Program-made: the position numbers and the translations under genes
Part shown: in pieces, positions 40,874 to 52,300 of the stretch
Numbering within the stretch: the first letter of the stretch is position 1
Layout of the letters: every line of letters starts with the position of its first letter
The notes under the pieces: generated by a model
Database searches by the model: none
Seen by the model: the letters and a program-made list of their open reading frames with translations, nothing else
Told to the model about the DNA's origin: nothing
Virus record (IMG/VR): IMGVR_UViG_3300031553_000354
Span: 1 to 64,000 of that record
From: a virus
DNA length: 64,000 nt
Reading direction: 5' to 3' (one strand)

Positions 40874-41104
40874 ATGGATTTACGAATTGGAATGTGCTAT
40901 TATAATTTAAAAGAAAAAAGAAACTACCTATGCGTTGGAATTGATAAGCATCCACAATGGTGCGAACCGGAAAAGCACGCCGTGGACGAAGTGCTTTATT
41001 CATTTATGAGATGCATAAAAGATAGTATTGCAGTTAAAAATGACGAAATCCGCAGTTGGATATCCGATAAACAATGGCTCAATCAATTAAGGAGGGTGAA
41101 ATAA
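40874..41104 (+). CDS. hypothetical protein
   Basis: AGGAG SD before ATG 40874. Confidence 0.5.
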   Translation: MDLRIGMCYYNLKEKRNYLCVGIDKHPQWCEPEKHAVDEVLYSFMRCIKDSIAVKNDEIRSWISDKQWLNQLRRVK

Positions 41105-41508
41105 TGGACGGGATTCAAGATGTAGAACAAACAGAATGGCTATATCCATTTACCAAAGAACAAATGGATGGCTGGAAAGCAAAATTTCAAGATGTTTTTT
41201 GTCTCAAAATTAACGACAAATTTTATGTTTATAAACCTCTGAGCGTGGGAGAGCTCAGGGAATTGCAAGTCGCGGAAATGAAAACAATTAGGGAATTAGA
41301 GACGAACAACAAATTGGATGATGACCAAAAAATGGCTCTTGTGCAAAGTGCATCGATGGAACGAACGGTCGCTACTTGTGTGCTTTGGCCAGAAAATTTT
41401 AGTTCACAGCTAAATAATGTACCGTGTGGAGTTGTTGATAGGTTGAATGCGGAAATATTTAAAGTTTCCGGCTATGAGGAAGCTACAGAATCGCCGATGA
41501 AACTATAA
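41104..41508 (+). CDS. tail assembly chaperone-like protein (short form)
   Basis: WKAKFQDVF...YVYKPLS...CVLWP...GVVDRL...VSGY; paralog of 40011. AGGAGGG SD. Confidence 0.6.
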   Translation: MDGIQDVEQTEWLYPFTKEQMDGWKAKFQDVFCLKINDKFYVYKPLSVGELRELQVAEMKTIRELETNNKLDDDQKMALVQSASMERTVATCVLWPENFSSQLNNVPCGVVDRLNAEIFKVSGYEEATESPMKL

Positions 41509-41602
41509 TGGATAGAAAACCGGCGGAACTTTTTAAAGGAAATTCTCGATCACGGAAAAAATTATCTTCGCTTTAATCTGCCATCCCATGGTATAAAATT
41601 AT

Positions 41603-41639
41603 GGCGGGAGAATTATACGAATTTCCCGCCTTTTTTCTT
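41603..41639 (+). terminator. Rho-independent terminator-like hairpin
   Basis: GGCGGGAG...TTTCCCGCC followed by TTTTTTCTT. Confidence 0.7.
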
Positions 41640-41653
41640 ATTGGAGGGATCAT

Positions 41654-42166
41654 ATGCCCAGTGGAATATATGATCATAAAAAATTGAAAGAATTTTGGAA
41701 ATCTTGGAGTCGTTGGTCAAGAAAATATCCACGTTGTCAAAAATGCGGAACAACTAAAATTCGGCATCATTCCAAAGGACTATGCCAAAAATGCTATTCT
41801 GCAGAATATCTACAATCTGATACATACAAAAATTATTATGAAAAAAGCAAGTATTGTAGATGGAGTAAACATACTCTTAGGGGACATAGATTGCATGGTT
41901 ATATAATTGATATTTCCATAAATGAACTTGAAGAAATAGCCAAAATTGCAACTCATTGTCCAATTTGTGGGCGCGAATTAAGTTGGAATAATTCCAAACT
42001 TTTACCAAATTCTCCGAGTTTAGATCGGAAGAATAATGGAAAAATTATTGATAAAAGTTCAATTTGGATTATTTGCCATTTATGCAATGCCACAAAACAA
42101 AATAGAACTTTTAAGCAATTTATTGAATATTGTGAAATGGTATCTCAAAAATTTATAGGGAAATAA
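41654..42166 (+). mobile_element. free-standing HNH (His-Me) homing endonuclease with Zn fingers
   Basis: CQKC...GLCQKCY, CPICG, SLDRKNN, ICHLCNATK. Confidence 0.8.
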
Positions 42167-42179
42167 ACTAAAAAGTAGC

Positions 42180-45100
42180 ATGTATCAAAATTATTCATAC
42201 GAACAAAGAGAAAATCTAGATTATAGGGATCGACAACTGCCCAGTCCTTTGAAAACTATAGGAGCTGGAGCATTTTCGCTTTTGGCTTTTGTAGTTATCA
42301 GAGGAGCTGCAATTCGTGGTTCTTCTGCTGCGAGTAAAGCTCTGTCTCGCAACTTGGGAAGAGTAGTAAGGTCGGTTGAAGGTGTGGCTTGGACAAAATC
42401 TTATAGAAATTTAAGAGCCGCCGCACTAACGAATGCCCGGGCTGAGGCTAGGCAATTCGGAGTATTAACTCCAAAAGATGTTGGAATTGCTGCTACGGTT
42501 AAAGAAATACCTTTAATTCAAAGAGCTCGAGCTAAATTCACAACTACTTTTGCTAAACAATTCAAAGCTAGACGGCAATATTATTATAGAGATTTAGGTC
42601 TGCGAGAAAAAGAATTATACGCAGCTCTAAAAGATGGTTATCATCCAAGAGCGCTTGATCAAAGACTGAAAGCATTAAAAACATTTATGAAGCCTGATGG
42701 AGCATTTTCTGCTCGTTTCATGGCTGCGGCTGGAAAATGGGGCGAGCGGTATGCGAAAATGATCCCAGGATTTTACGTTGCAGATCAAGCATTGGGATTG
42801 TTCGAAAAAGAAAGACCGGAACATCCAAAGCCGGCATGGTATAACATACCTGGACATGTTGCCGGAATGGTTAGATTTGGAATAGGATTTGCACCAATTG
42901 ATTTGGCATTTTGTGGCGCTCTTCGTTTTTTCAGATATGGTAGAGCTGTGGCGGCAAAAAGTGCTCAATTAGGAGTTCGTGAATTTCCACACGTAAGAGA
43001 AGGATTTACAAAAGCCGTTGAAACATTGCACGTAAAGGGTGCTCAATGGCATGCATCCATTTCCAAACATTGGGCCGCCCGCAGACATGGAGCTTGGCCT
43101 TCGATTCAAGAACTCAAACGGAGTATTAAAGAACGCAAAGCTCCGCATTCAATGGATATTGCTAGGCTGTATTCTGATATTGTGAAAGATGCTAAGGTCC
43201 AAAGGAAACCATATTTCCGAATGGAACAGCAGCTCAATCAAATTCTTGGCGTTCTTGGTATGAGAAAAGATCCCGAATTGCTTCGCGAAATGGCAGGAAG
43301 TACTGAAATCAAAAAAGCATTTCATGAAGTCCTTGGCAAATATGAGCGCCGTCCAACCCAAACATTTATAGAATATGCTCTTAAAACTCCACAACGCCCG
43401 GCAGATTGGGGCCCACGTAGGCTTTCAACTACGGCGCACATTAAAAGATATGCAAAGGAGGCTCATTGGGATCCGGAAACCACAAATAATGCTTTAAAAC
43501 TGCTTGGAGGGAAAGAATTATATTATGGTAAGAACATTCTTAGGAAGGGCAACTTTTCAATGTTCAATGCCAGTTTTACCGCTGGTAAGATAATAGATGT
43601 AATGGGGAAATGGAAGATGCCATTTATTAATTGGCATCCTTTCGAACGAATGATGATTACCGGAATTCCCAAGATAGGAATTCCGAGCAAAGGTTCCGCA
43701 TTTAGGATTCTTGATGAAAAACAATCTGCATTAATGGCCGAAGCAGCCATCGGTGCCGATTTAAATGTTACCAGATCTCCGCAACTTAAAATTGGGGAAT
43801 ATTTTATGAGGATTGGAGATCATGTTTTTAGATTTAGTCCTGAAAAACTTATTAAACGAATTAGCGGACATTGGAAAGTTAGCGTTGATACAATTACTGC
43901 TGGAGAAAGAAGACATTTCCAAGGTTTGGTTGAAAGCCAAACCGATTATAAACATACTGGCTGGCTAGGACATTTACGTCAAAAATTTGAATTAGGTCAA
44001 TCCCCCCATTTCATAGGACGACGACTTAAAGAGTTTGTGATCCAAGATTTTAACCCCGAAAGTCCGCATGTATTGATGAATGAAAAAGGAAAATTTGTGA
44101 ATATGCTCAAGCAGCTCCAAGGAGATAAGATCCTTAGTCCCAGGGAGCAAAAAGAATTCATAAATTATTCAAGGGCAGTGGGTCGGCATTTATATGGATC
44201 AGAACAAACAGCTTTAGAAATTTTCCATAATAATCAAGGTCTTAGAGGAAAAGTTCTTGATGTCTTAGGTGGCGTTGATGCAAAGAAAGCTAAAAAGATT
44301 TTAAATGATACAAATATAGATAAGGTAATTGATGATTTATCGCTATTTGATTATGCTTTGCCGGAAACATATTCCCAAAGAACTGTTCAGGAAGTGCGTA
44401 GAGCTCTCCATGATGTACAAAATCTCGTAGGGGCTGATCGAGAATTTTTATTGAGATCAAGAGCAACAGTTGTTGGTCAGGCTAGCAATTTGACTGTGCA
44501 AGATTATCTTATGGGACAATATTTTAAAAAAACATTAGAAAATTATAGTCAGGTCGGAAAAATTACCGAAGGCATGTATGATAAGATTTTCAAGTCAATT
44601 GATGATGCATTCATATCTAAAACAGAAAAGTCTAAGGCGAAATCACTGTTTGTTAGTATGAAAATTAATCATCCCATGGCTGATTATTTGAATCAAGAAG
44701 TTATCAATAGTTTGGATACTGTTGGACATCTTAAAGATATCATTGCTCCAAATGAAAATTTGCTTAGAGAAGTATTTAAACTGGATTATAAATCTCTTCG
44801 GGAATCTGTCAAGATAAATAGATTTATGCGGGATACTCTTATTCCTCTTGAAGTCCGAGGATATATGGGTCCCATAAATGAAATATGGAGAGTTCACGGC
44901 CGTGGAGCTCCATCTGCTCCGAAAGATCTTTTTGGTGCAGCCCCAGGATTCGGGGACATGATCAAAAGTGATTTTAAGAAATTTTTTAAAATTTCTGACT
45001 CCGCAACCCAAATAAATTATGAACCATATATTACTAAACAAAGTATGCTTCTCAATCGATGGGCAATTAGGCCATTCAATATGACATTAGGATGGATTGG

Positions 45101-48100
45101 TCTGGATTTACAATATAGGTCAAACGCTGAATTTATGAAAAAATTCCTGTGGAAACGCGCTTTGGCTATTCCCGCTGCTATTTATGGTTACCGCGCTATT
45201 GATACTTTCCTAACCGTAAATCCACTTTTAGACCATACCATCTTTGATGACGGATTGACATCTGCTGGAGCCCAGGCAATTGGAAAAGCAAATATTGCAA
45301 GAGCCGAAGTATTTGATACATTGGGAATAACAGATTTTGCCCAATATATGGAAGGCCTCATGCCTGGATCCGTGGAATCTCCTGCCGCAAAATTAATCAG
45401 AGGAGCCGTCCTTCCAATTTTGGGGAGAAGATTTGGTGGGGGACCAGGGCTTATGATTGGATTAGGAGCTTCTGCTGCAACAGGATTTGGGCTTCCCGAT
45501 TTGACAAACACGGCAGATGAACTTCGAGATATATATTCAGGAAGAAAGCTAACCCCGGTTCGCAGCGGCAGGTTCTGGGAAACTTCCAAGCTATCTTATT
45601 TTGGAGGAAGAATATCGTCATTCCAGCCATCGTGGTACACAAAGATTGTAAGCCAATATAAATATACGGACGCCGCATTGGGAACCAAATTGGAATCACT
45701 GCTTTATACCGGCCCATTGCAAGTATTAACTGATCCATATCATTATGAACGTTGCGTTACGCAGGATGCGAAAATTGTTATGGATGATGGAATTCCCAAA
45801 CCAATAAAAAAATTAGATATTGGTGATTATGTTTTGTCTCATGATGGCTATCCACATAAAATATTGAACATTTGGGATGCCAATATTGATGAACAAATAA
45901 TCAAAATTGTTACACATGGAGCCTGCAAATATCCAATATGTTCAACGAATGAACATCGGTATCTTACTATTAGAACGAAACAATGTCCGAAACGAAATAA
46001 CAGAATTGCTTATTGTAAAAAGCAATCATGGACAAAATGTAAAAATTGTAAATATAAATATTTTGAAAATTATGAAGTTCAATGGCTGCGCGCAGACGAA
46101 TTAAAATGTGGCGATTATTTAGCATATCCAAAACCTAAATTGTCGGAAAATTTATTTGAATTAGACATACCAAAGTTGCATAAACATTGGAATGGTCGGG
46201 CATGGATTCGTCCCCGGCAAAAATATGATATTCCAAACAAAGTTAAAATTACTCCAGAATTGTTTCGTCTATTTGGATATTATTTGGCTGAAGGTTGTAT
46301 ACAACAAAAACGTACTATAAAATTTTCGCTATGCATAGATGAAATGGATATTGTCAAGGATATTGACAATATTTGCAATAAATTATTTGGACTTAATATA
46401 ACTTATAGGAATACACCAGAACATAAAAGAATAGATGTATATCTAAGTAATTCTAGATTAGCAAAATGGTTTGAAATGTTTGGCCGTGGCGCAATCAATA
46501 AATCCATACCATCTGATTTGCTCAATGCGCCCAAAGATTGTTTGGAACAATTTATCGTGGGATTTTATCGTGGAGACGGAACATATAAAGGACATAATAT
46601 ATCAATTTCTGCTGCTACAATATCTGAACAACTCATAATGCAATTACGATATATCTTATTAGGTTTGGGGTATGTTCCCCACCTTAATGGCGCCAACGCA
46701 AATTCCAATAGTCGACCAAATAATATATATATGCTGGAAATTCATGGACAAGATGCCAATAAATTACGACAAATTATTGGCTGGCCAATCTCAAAAAATC
46801 CAATGCCGGATAAATATCATTGGTCGGATGAAAACTATATTTATTTTAAAATCAAAAATGTTGAACATATTGATTATATCGGTAAAATTTATGATTTAAA
46901 AATTGAAAATTCTCATTCATTTGTTTCTGTAAATGCCATATTACATAATACCCATTACTACGACCGACCATACCCAACAACGGCACCATTGTTTAGCGAT
47001 ATTCCGGTTGTCGGATCGCTCGCGGATATGACGATTGGTAGACTTTTAAAACCGCAGACCATGATGCACGAAGATGAATTAGAAGCGGCCCAGATGGGAT
47101 TTGATGTAGAAACGAAAGATCGGATTCTGCCCGGATATAATAGAAATACGATGCCACCGCTTCATGAAGCGCGTCCAGGCTATTTTGCTCCAAGACATAC
47201 GGTTCCATCAGTAAGTATGAAAGGAATGCTGGGAGAATCATTTTATAGACTTACTGAAGGTGCTGGATTGCGTGGGTTTATGACCCAATCATTGTTGGGA
47301 GTTGAAGGAATTGGCCAATATGCGCCGGTGTATGACGACGCATCTGCAATTACCAGTTTTGGACATCAATTTTGGGACATGCAGATTGGCGGAGGTTTGG
47401 CCACAGAAGCTTGGCGTCGTTTATATCCGCGGGAAAGATTTAAAAATTTGGTGAATCCGATCAGGAACCTCATGCCCACATGGTTACCCGAAGACTTTCA
47501 TTTTGGTGATCCATTCACTAAGATTAAAGGTGGATTAATCTTACTTCCTTCCCGAGCCCATGAAAAAATGTATAGAGTGAAGCGCGATTTTCCCATTTCT
47601 TTGGAATATTTTGGATATGAGCCAGGGGAAGCAGCCGGAAGACTATTGAAGTTAATTAGACCGGAAAGAGAAGAAGAATATCATTATTCATTTATTAAAG
47701 AATTGGTTCAAAAACAATTATTAATGAATCGGCAATTACTTACCAAAGATGTTCCACTTTTTGACCCTTGGTCCAAGTTGGAAGGGGCCGTTGATGCAGT
47801 AATCATGAATCAAAGCGGGCAACCAGAATTGATGCAAATAAAAGCAACAACTGCAGAAAAACTTGGATTTATGCAGCAGCCAAAACCGGCACATGTGTCT
47901 CAACTCAATTTTGCTATGAGGCAAATGAAGAAGCGATATGGTCAAATACTTTATGTCGCTGCAGATAATCCGGAATTGACTCAATCTTTTTATGTGGAAT
48001 ATAGTGCGGAACGATTTCATAATGATATGTTAAGAATGAATGAAGCCCGAAAATTAGCATCAGATATGCTACTTAAGGGAATTGGGCAAGTTGGTGAATC

Positions 48101-49391
48101 TTATTCCTATCCCGATAGGTTGCAAGTGCTTGCGAATACGGCGCCATGGTCAGACGAATACAAAAAAGTTTTGAAACAATGTAAATTATTAAAAAGGCAC
48201 GGCCTATTAGATGAAGAAGACCAGGTTAAAGTGGATGAATCTCAGAGACAACATGATGCAATTATGAGAAAATATGATTTTTATGAACACCGATTTTCCC
48301 ACAGCAAATGGCTAACTCCTAGTTCCGAATATAATTTAATGTCCCAAAATGAAAATATTAAAGCCGCCGCAAAATATAATATTGTTGAAAGATTAATGGG
48401 CGCGGCATGGGAACGACTACAAGAATTTAAAATGCCCGTTATATCTAGCAAACTTTTTCCATATTATACAAGTGAAGAAATGTACGAGCGTCAAATTGGA
48501 GGTAGTTTTTCTGGAAATTGGTCTAGACCCATTCATGATTATATAAGACCATGGTGGCATAGTTTTTTGCTATCAACGGGTCCTGTCGAATCTGCAGCGA
48601 AACTCGGATTCGCAGGAGGAATGTTTGGGGGACCCCCAGGTGCTGCTATTGGTGTAGGGGCGGGACTGTTGTATGGCGCTGGAAGAAGTGCTACCGGAGC
48701 GGGCACTTGGGTTCCAGGAGAAGTTAAAAGAATTCGGGAAATTGATGAATATTTCGATGCTTTAGAATATATAAAAAATCAACAATTGTATGAACAAACC
48801 GGAGATCCGGAATATCTTAAACGCTCAAGAGAAACAATTTATGGCGTTACTCCAATGAGCACTCCGGCGGAATTTTATAGATCAGCCCCATATATGGAAC
48901 GACCATTTTTCTGGTCATTTGCTTCCGTTCGAGACAAAACTCAACAAGATAGAATTAAACAAAGAGTTTCGCCAACTATGAGAAAACTTTTAGAATTTTA
49001 TTGGTCTGGAGATAAGAAATTTACCAATCCCATGATAGAAGATTACAATCCAGGATTTCGAATGCCAGCAGAAGATTGGATGGGATGGAGAGAAGATATC
49101 CCATTGGAAGATATCCAGGTTAAAACTGTTAAAATGGAGGGCTACGATGCCCACGATTTTGGATTGGGATGGAAGCCTCAAGAATTAAGAATGCATAATT
49201 CTCCATATGCGATCAAGCCAATAGATATTTCCAGTCCTTCGGGGATTTCTTATGGCCAAGAAAATTTGGATGCCATTGATATAAAGAATTTCATTCAGAA
49301 TGTTTTACAGAGATATGGCATAACGAATGCAAATATAACTGTTACAAAATCACAAGGCAAAGGCGCCACCATTTCTTTGAATATTAGTTAA
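42180..49391 (+). CDS. giant tape-measure-position virion protein with intein and degenerate PD-(D/E)xK domain
   Basis: Follows the tail chaperones; Gly-rich hydrophobic stretches; intein at 45753-46949; about 2004 aa after splicing. Confidence 0.7.
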   Translation: MYQNYSYEQRENLDYRDRQLPSPLKTIGAGAFSLLAFVVIRGAAIRGSSAASKALSRNLGRVVRSVEGVAWTKSYRNLRAAALTNARAEARQFGVLTPKDVGIAATVKEIPLIQRARAKFTTTFAKQFKARRQYYYRDLGLREKELYAALKDGYHPRALDQRLKALKTFMKPDGAFSARFMAAAGKWGERYAKMIPGFYVADQALGLFEKERPEHPKPAWYNIPGHVAGMVRFGIGFAPIDLAFCGALRFFRYGRAVAAKSAQLGVREFPHVREGFTKAVETLHVKGAQWHASISKHWAARRHGAWPSIQELKRSIKERKAPHSMDIARLYSDIVKDAKVQRKPYFRMEQQLNQILGVLGMRKDPELLREMAGSTEIKKAFHEVLGKYERRPTQTFIEYALKTPQRPADWGPRRLSTTAHIKRYAKEAHWDPETTNNALKLLGGKELYYGKNILRKGNFSMFNASFTAGKIIDVMGKWKMPFINWHPFERMMITGIPKIGIPSKGSAFRILDEKQSALMAEAAIGADLNVTRSPQLKIGEYFMRIGDHVFRFSPEKLIKRISGHWKVSVDTITAGERRHFQGLVESQTDYKHTGWLGHLRQKFELGQSPHFIGRRLKEFVIQDFNPESPHVLMNEKGKFVNMLKQLQGDKILSPREQKEFINYSRAVGRHLYGSEQTALEIFHNNQGLRGKVLDVLGGVDAKKAKKILNDTNIDKVIDDLSLFDYALPETYSQRTVQEVRRALHDVQNLVGADREFLLRSRATVVGQASNLTVQDYLMGQYFKKTLENYSQVGKITEGMYDKIFKSIDDAFISKTEKSKAKSLFVSMKINHPMADYLNQEVINSLDTVGHLKDIIAPNENLLREVFKLDYKSLRESVKINRFMRDTLIPLEVRGYMGPINEIWRVHGRGAPSAPKDLFGAAPGFGDMIKSDFKKFFKISDSATQINYEPYITKQSMLLNRWAIRPFNMTLGWIGLDLQYRSNAEFMKKFLWKRALAIPAAIYGYRAIDTFLTVNPLLDHTIFDDGLTSAGAQAIGKANIARAEVFDTLGITDFAQYMEGLMPGSVESPAAKLIRGAVLPILGRRFGGGPGLMIGLGASAATGFGLPDLTNTADELRDIYSGRKLTPVRSGRFWETSKLSYFGGRISSFQPSWYTKIVSQYKYTDAALGTKLESLLYTGPLQVLTDPYHYERCVTQDAKIVMDDGIPKPIKKLDIGDYVLSHDGYPHKILNIWDANIDEQIIKIVTHGACKYPICSTNEHRYLTIRTKQCPKRNNRIAYCKKQSWTKCKNCKYKYFENYEVQWLRADELKCGDYLAYPKPKLSENLFELDIPKLHKHWNGRAWIRPRQKYDIPNKVKITPELFRLFGYYLAEGCIQQKRTIKFSLCIDEMDIVKDIDNICNKLFGLNITYRNTPEHKRIDVYLSNSRLAKWFEMFGRGAINKSIPSDLLNAPKDCLEQFIVGFYRGDGTYKGHNISISAATISEQLIMQLRYILLGLGYVPHLNGANANSNSRPNNIYMLEIHGQDANKLRQIIGWPISKNPMPDKYHWSDENYIYFKIKNVEHIDYIGKIYDLKIENSHSFVSVNAILHNTHYYDRPYPTTAPLFSDIPVVGSLADMTIGRLLKPQTMMHEDELEAAQMGFDVETKDRILPGYNRNTMPPLHEARPGYFAPRHTVPSVSMKGMLGESFYRLTEGAGLRGFMTQSLLGVEGIGQYAPVYDDASAITSFGHQFWDMQIGGGLATEAWRRLYPRERFKNLVNPIRNLMPTWLPEDFHFGDPFTKIKGGLILLPSRAHEKMYRVKRDFPISLEYFGYEPGEAAGRLLKLIRPEREEEYHYSFIKELVQKQLLMNRQLLTKDVPLFDPWSKLEGAVDAVIMNQSGQPELMQIKATTAEKLGFMQQPKPAHVSQLNFAMRQMKKRYGQILYVAADNPELTQSFYVEYSAERFHNDMLRMNEARKLASDMLLKGIGQVGESYSYPDRLQVLANTAPWSDEYKKVLKQCKLLKRHGLLDEEDQVKVDESQRQHDAIMRKYDFYEHRFSHSKWLTPSSEYNLMSQNENIKAAAKYNIVERLMGAAWERLQEFKMPVISSKLFPYYTSEEMYERQIGGSFSGNWSRPIHDYIRPWWHSFLLSTGPVESAAKLGFAGGMFGGPPGAAIGVGAGLLYGAGRSATGAGTWVPGEVKRIREIDEYFDALEYIKNQQLYEQTGDPEYLKRSRETIYGVTPMSTPAEFYRSAPYMERPFFWSFASVRDKTQQDRIKQRVSPTMRKLLEFYWSGDKKFTNPMIEDYNPGFRMPAEDWMGWREDIPLEDIQVKTVKMEGYDAHDFGLGWKPQELRMHNSPYAIKPIDISSPSGISYGQENLDAIDIKNFIQNVLQRYGITNANITVTKSQGKGATISLNIS
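45753..46949 (+). mobile_element. intein with LAGLIDADG homing endonuclease (399 aa)
   Basis: Block A CVTQDAKIVM, block B TNEHRYL, LFGYYLAEG and FIVGFYRGDG, block F/G IYDLKIENSHSFV...LHN, +1 Thr. Confidence 0.95.
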
Positions 49392-49393
49392 TT

Positions 49394-52300
49394 ATGCCAA
49401 TTATTTACGATTCAGAAGAAGACCAGTTTCACGACAGGCATGGATATCTATTTCCATCTGTCTTATTGGGTGGCGGGTTCATGGCGTGGAAAAAATATTA
49501 TGGATCTCCACAGCTTGGAAGAAAATTTTCTCCCCGCGCATTCATAGGATTTGTCAAAGATCTAAGCCCCCAAGATTATATGAGGAAATATCTTACAAGG
49601 CCGGATAAACCAGAGCTCCCACTTCAACGCAGGCTGGTGGAAACAGCAGTAGAATACGAAAAAAGCAAATCGGTAGTGGAGTTTCTTACCGACGCGGATT
49701 TGAAAACTATTCGCGAAATCGGCAAAGCCATACCAACTCCAATTAAAGCAGAGGAGATGGAATTTAAACGCCAAGTAATTAGGCGATTTAATCCAGCAAC
49801 TTATGATTTGGTAAGAACTAATTTGGAAAAAACTCAGGAAGTTTTTAATGAATTGCTCGAAAATGTCGAAGAATCTAAACATTTGCAAAGTGTTCTCAAA
49901 CAACAACTTGAGCGATATAGATTTAGAAAATCCCGCCTACTTATACATTCAAAATTTTCTGAAATTATTAATCCAGAAATGTTGAAAAGCGAAGCAGAAC
50001 AAGCAGTTTTGATGAGACAATTGCAGGATACGCAAAAGAAACAAACTCAGGAAGCTAGAAGGCTCGCACAAATACTTCAAAGGGAATCTCCAGAAACTAT
50101 AGTAAATCTAAAAATTCCAAAAGTTTTGGAGCGAGTTGATCCAGCTATTATGATAGATGAAAGACGAGCAAGATTCCAACCTGCAGGTAAAACAATTAGT
50201 GATACGGGTGTTAAATTATCTTATACAGGATATAAATCATTTCTTCAGAAGCTCAGAAGGGCAAGAGTTGATTCCAAAGCTATCGCCGCAATTGAAACTA
50301 TAGATCCGCTATTGAAACAGCATTTAAATGAGCTTGCTCACACAAAAGCCCAAATTACATATGCATTGCGAGATAATGCGTTCAATTTGCAAGCTGTAAT
50401 CAAATTATCTATTCAGGTCAAAGAAGAAGGCAAAAGAGAAGTTGTTAATTTGAAAATCCCCCTTACTCGCGGCGGAAGATTAAGAATCAATGGGACGGGC
50501 TATATCCCCCAAAGATATAAGGGCATTAGGCCACTCATTCCTGAAATAGAACGAATTGAATCCGATATTTATGAATCGATGATTCGCAATTTGAATAAAA
50601 GATTTAAAAGCGAAGTTTGGCATAAAGTAATGGAAGGAGATGTTCAGGGTGGAGAGCGATCTATTAATGCATTAATTAAAGAACCAATTGGTGAAAGATT
50701 AATCATGGAATCTGGGCGTCCGGCGCACGATTTTATTGAACAAAATATAGTTCAGGATGCTAGGCTCGGCTACCTATCACAACAATTTGGAAATGACGAA
50801 CATATTGTTCTTGATCGGTTCAAAAAAATGCAAAAACTTAAATTGCTTTTATTGGAAGGCGATGGAAAATTAAAACTGCCAAATAGATATGCATTTATAG
50901 ATTTTGAAACATTTGGAACGAAAACAAATTTCCTTCCGCATCAAGTGACTGTGGGCATAATCGAAAATGGTGCAGTTGTTGATTGGTATACAGGAAAAAT
51001 TGATCCTCGAAGTATTAATATCAATTATACTTTCCCGGAAGTTGATTTAAAACTATCATTCAAAGGAAAAACAAGAGAACAGGTCATAAAAGAATTTACC
51101 GAAATGGGTCAACCCATTAGCAAAGTTCGAAGAGATTTAGAGGATTTTTTAAAAAAACATGCAAAAGGGGGAAAGCTTCCAGTTGCTGCATGGAATGCCG
51201 GATTTGATGTTGATAGAGTGATGGGTCAGCAATTTTTAGGAGCCAAAGCATATTTAGGAGAAACTTGGGATCCAATGGATCTCCAAAAAGCTATTGATCC
51301 AGATGTCCAAGCCTCGGTTTCTCTTAAATCTGTTGGACAGTCGCGAAAAATCTTTATTCCAATTTCCTCAAAAAAAGATTTGACTCTTAATAAGAAAATT
51401 ATTGAATTATTTAAAAAAGATCATAATCTGATGTCCATTTTAAAAGATAAGGATCCCGGATTTCATGGTAAATTAATGAAAGCAGTTTCCGAGAAACAGA
51501 TAAGAAATATAGTGATGCATGAAGCATCAATTGATGTACTTATAGCAAACAAAGTTTTCCAAGATATTACGAAAGACATTAATTTGCATTCCGCTGTGGT
51601 GATGCGCGATTTGAATGCAATGTTATTGACTTATCATCGGGCGCTAACCCATTCAATAAATCCCATAGATATTAATCATTGGACTACCAGAGCATTGGGA
51701 CATAATTTTCTATCTCTTTCCCCTCGTCAAATTTTACAAGGTAAATTTACGAAGTTTGATGTCAGAGATTTAGCTCCTCTTTCAAGATTAGGTATAGATC
51801 CAACCCGGCCATTTTATCAGCAATGGGCATCTGCACATTTGATCACCAAAGATGTTCCTGATCTAGTTACAAAAACTTATAAGAAAATTGCCGATAAATA
51901 TGGCGAGCTCTTCAAATCGATGGATACGCTGACAATTTTTAATCCATTAACTGCAGAAAATGCTGGATTAATAGATTTTCAGACCGCAGATGAAATGGCA
52001 ATCAAAACCGGAACAAAAGTCGTTAGAATCCCCCATACAGGCAAATTGAAACTCATACCGGAACTCAAAGAAGCCTTTGAGCAAATAAAATCGGCAAAGA
52101 CTCCGAGAGGTCGCGAAATAGTTTTATCGAAGTTAAGACAGAAGATGGCAAAAAGCTACCAAAAGGGATTTCATTTTAAAGAATGGCTGCCGGGATTTAC
52201 TTTACTTGGAGAAGCAGAAGGATTTACATTTAATACTTCAACGCCGATGATGTCGACAATTGAAAATATCGAATATAATAATGAAAATAAAGAAATAGCT

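Noticed and set aside
41508-41576. 22-codon ORF after the short chaperone as a frameshift extension
   Set aside because: No slippery heptamer precedes the chaperone stop, and the extension is too short and featureless.
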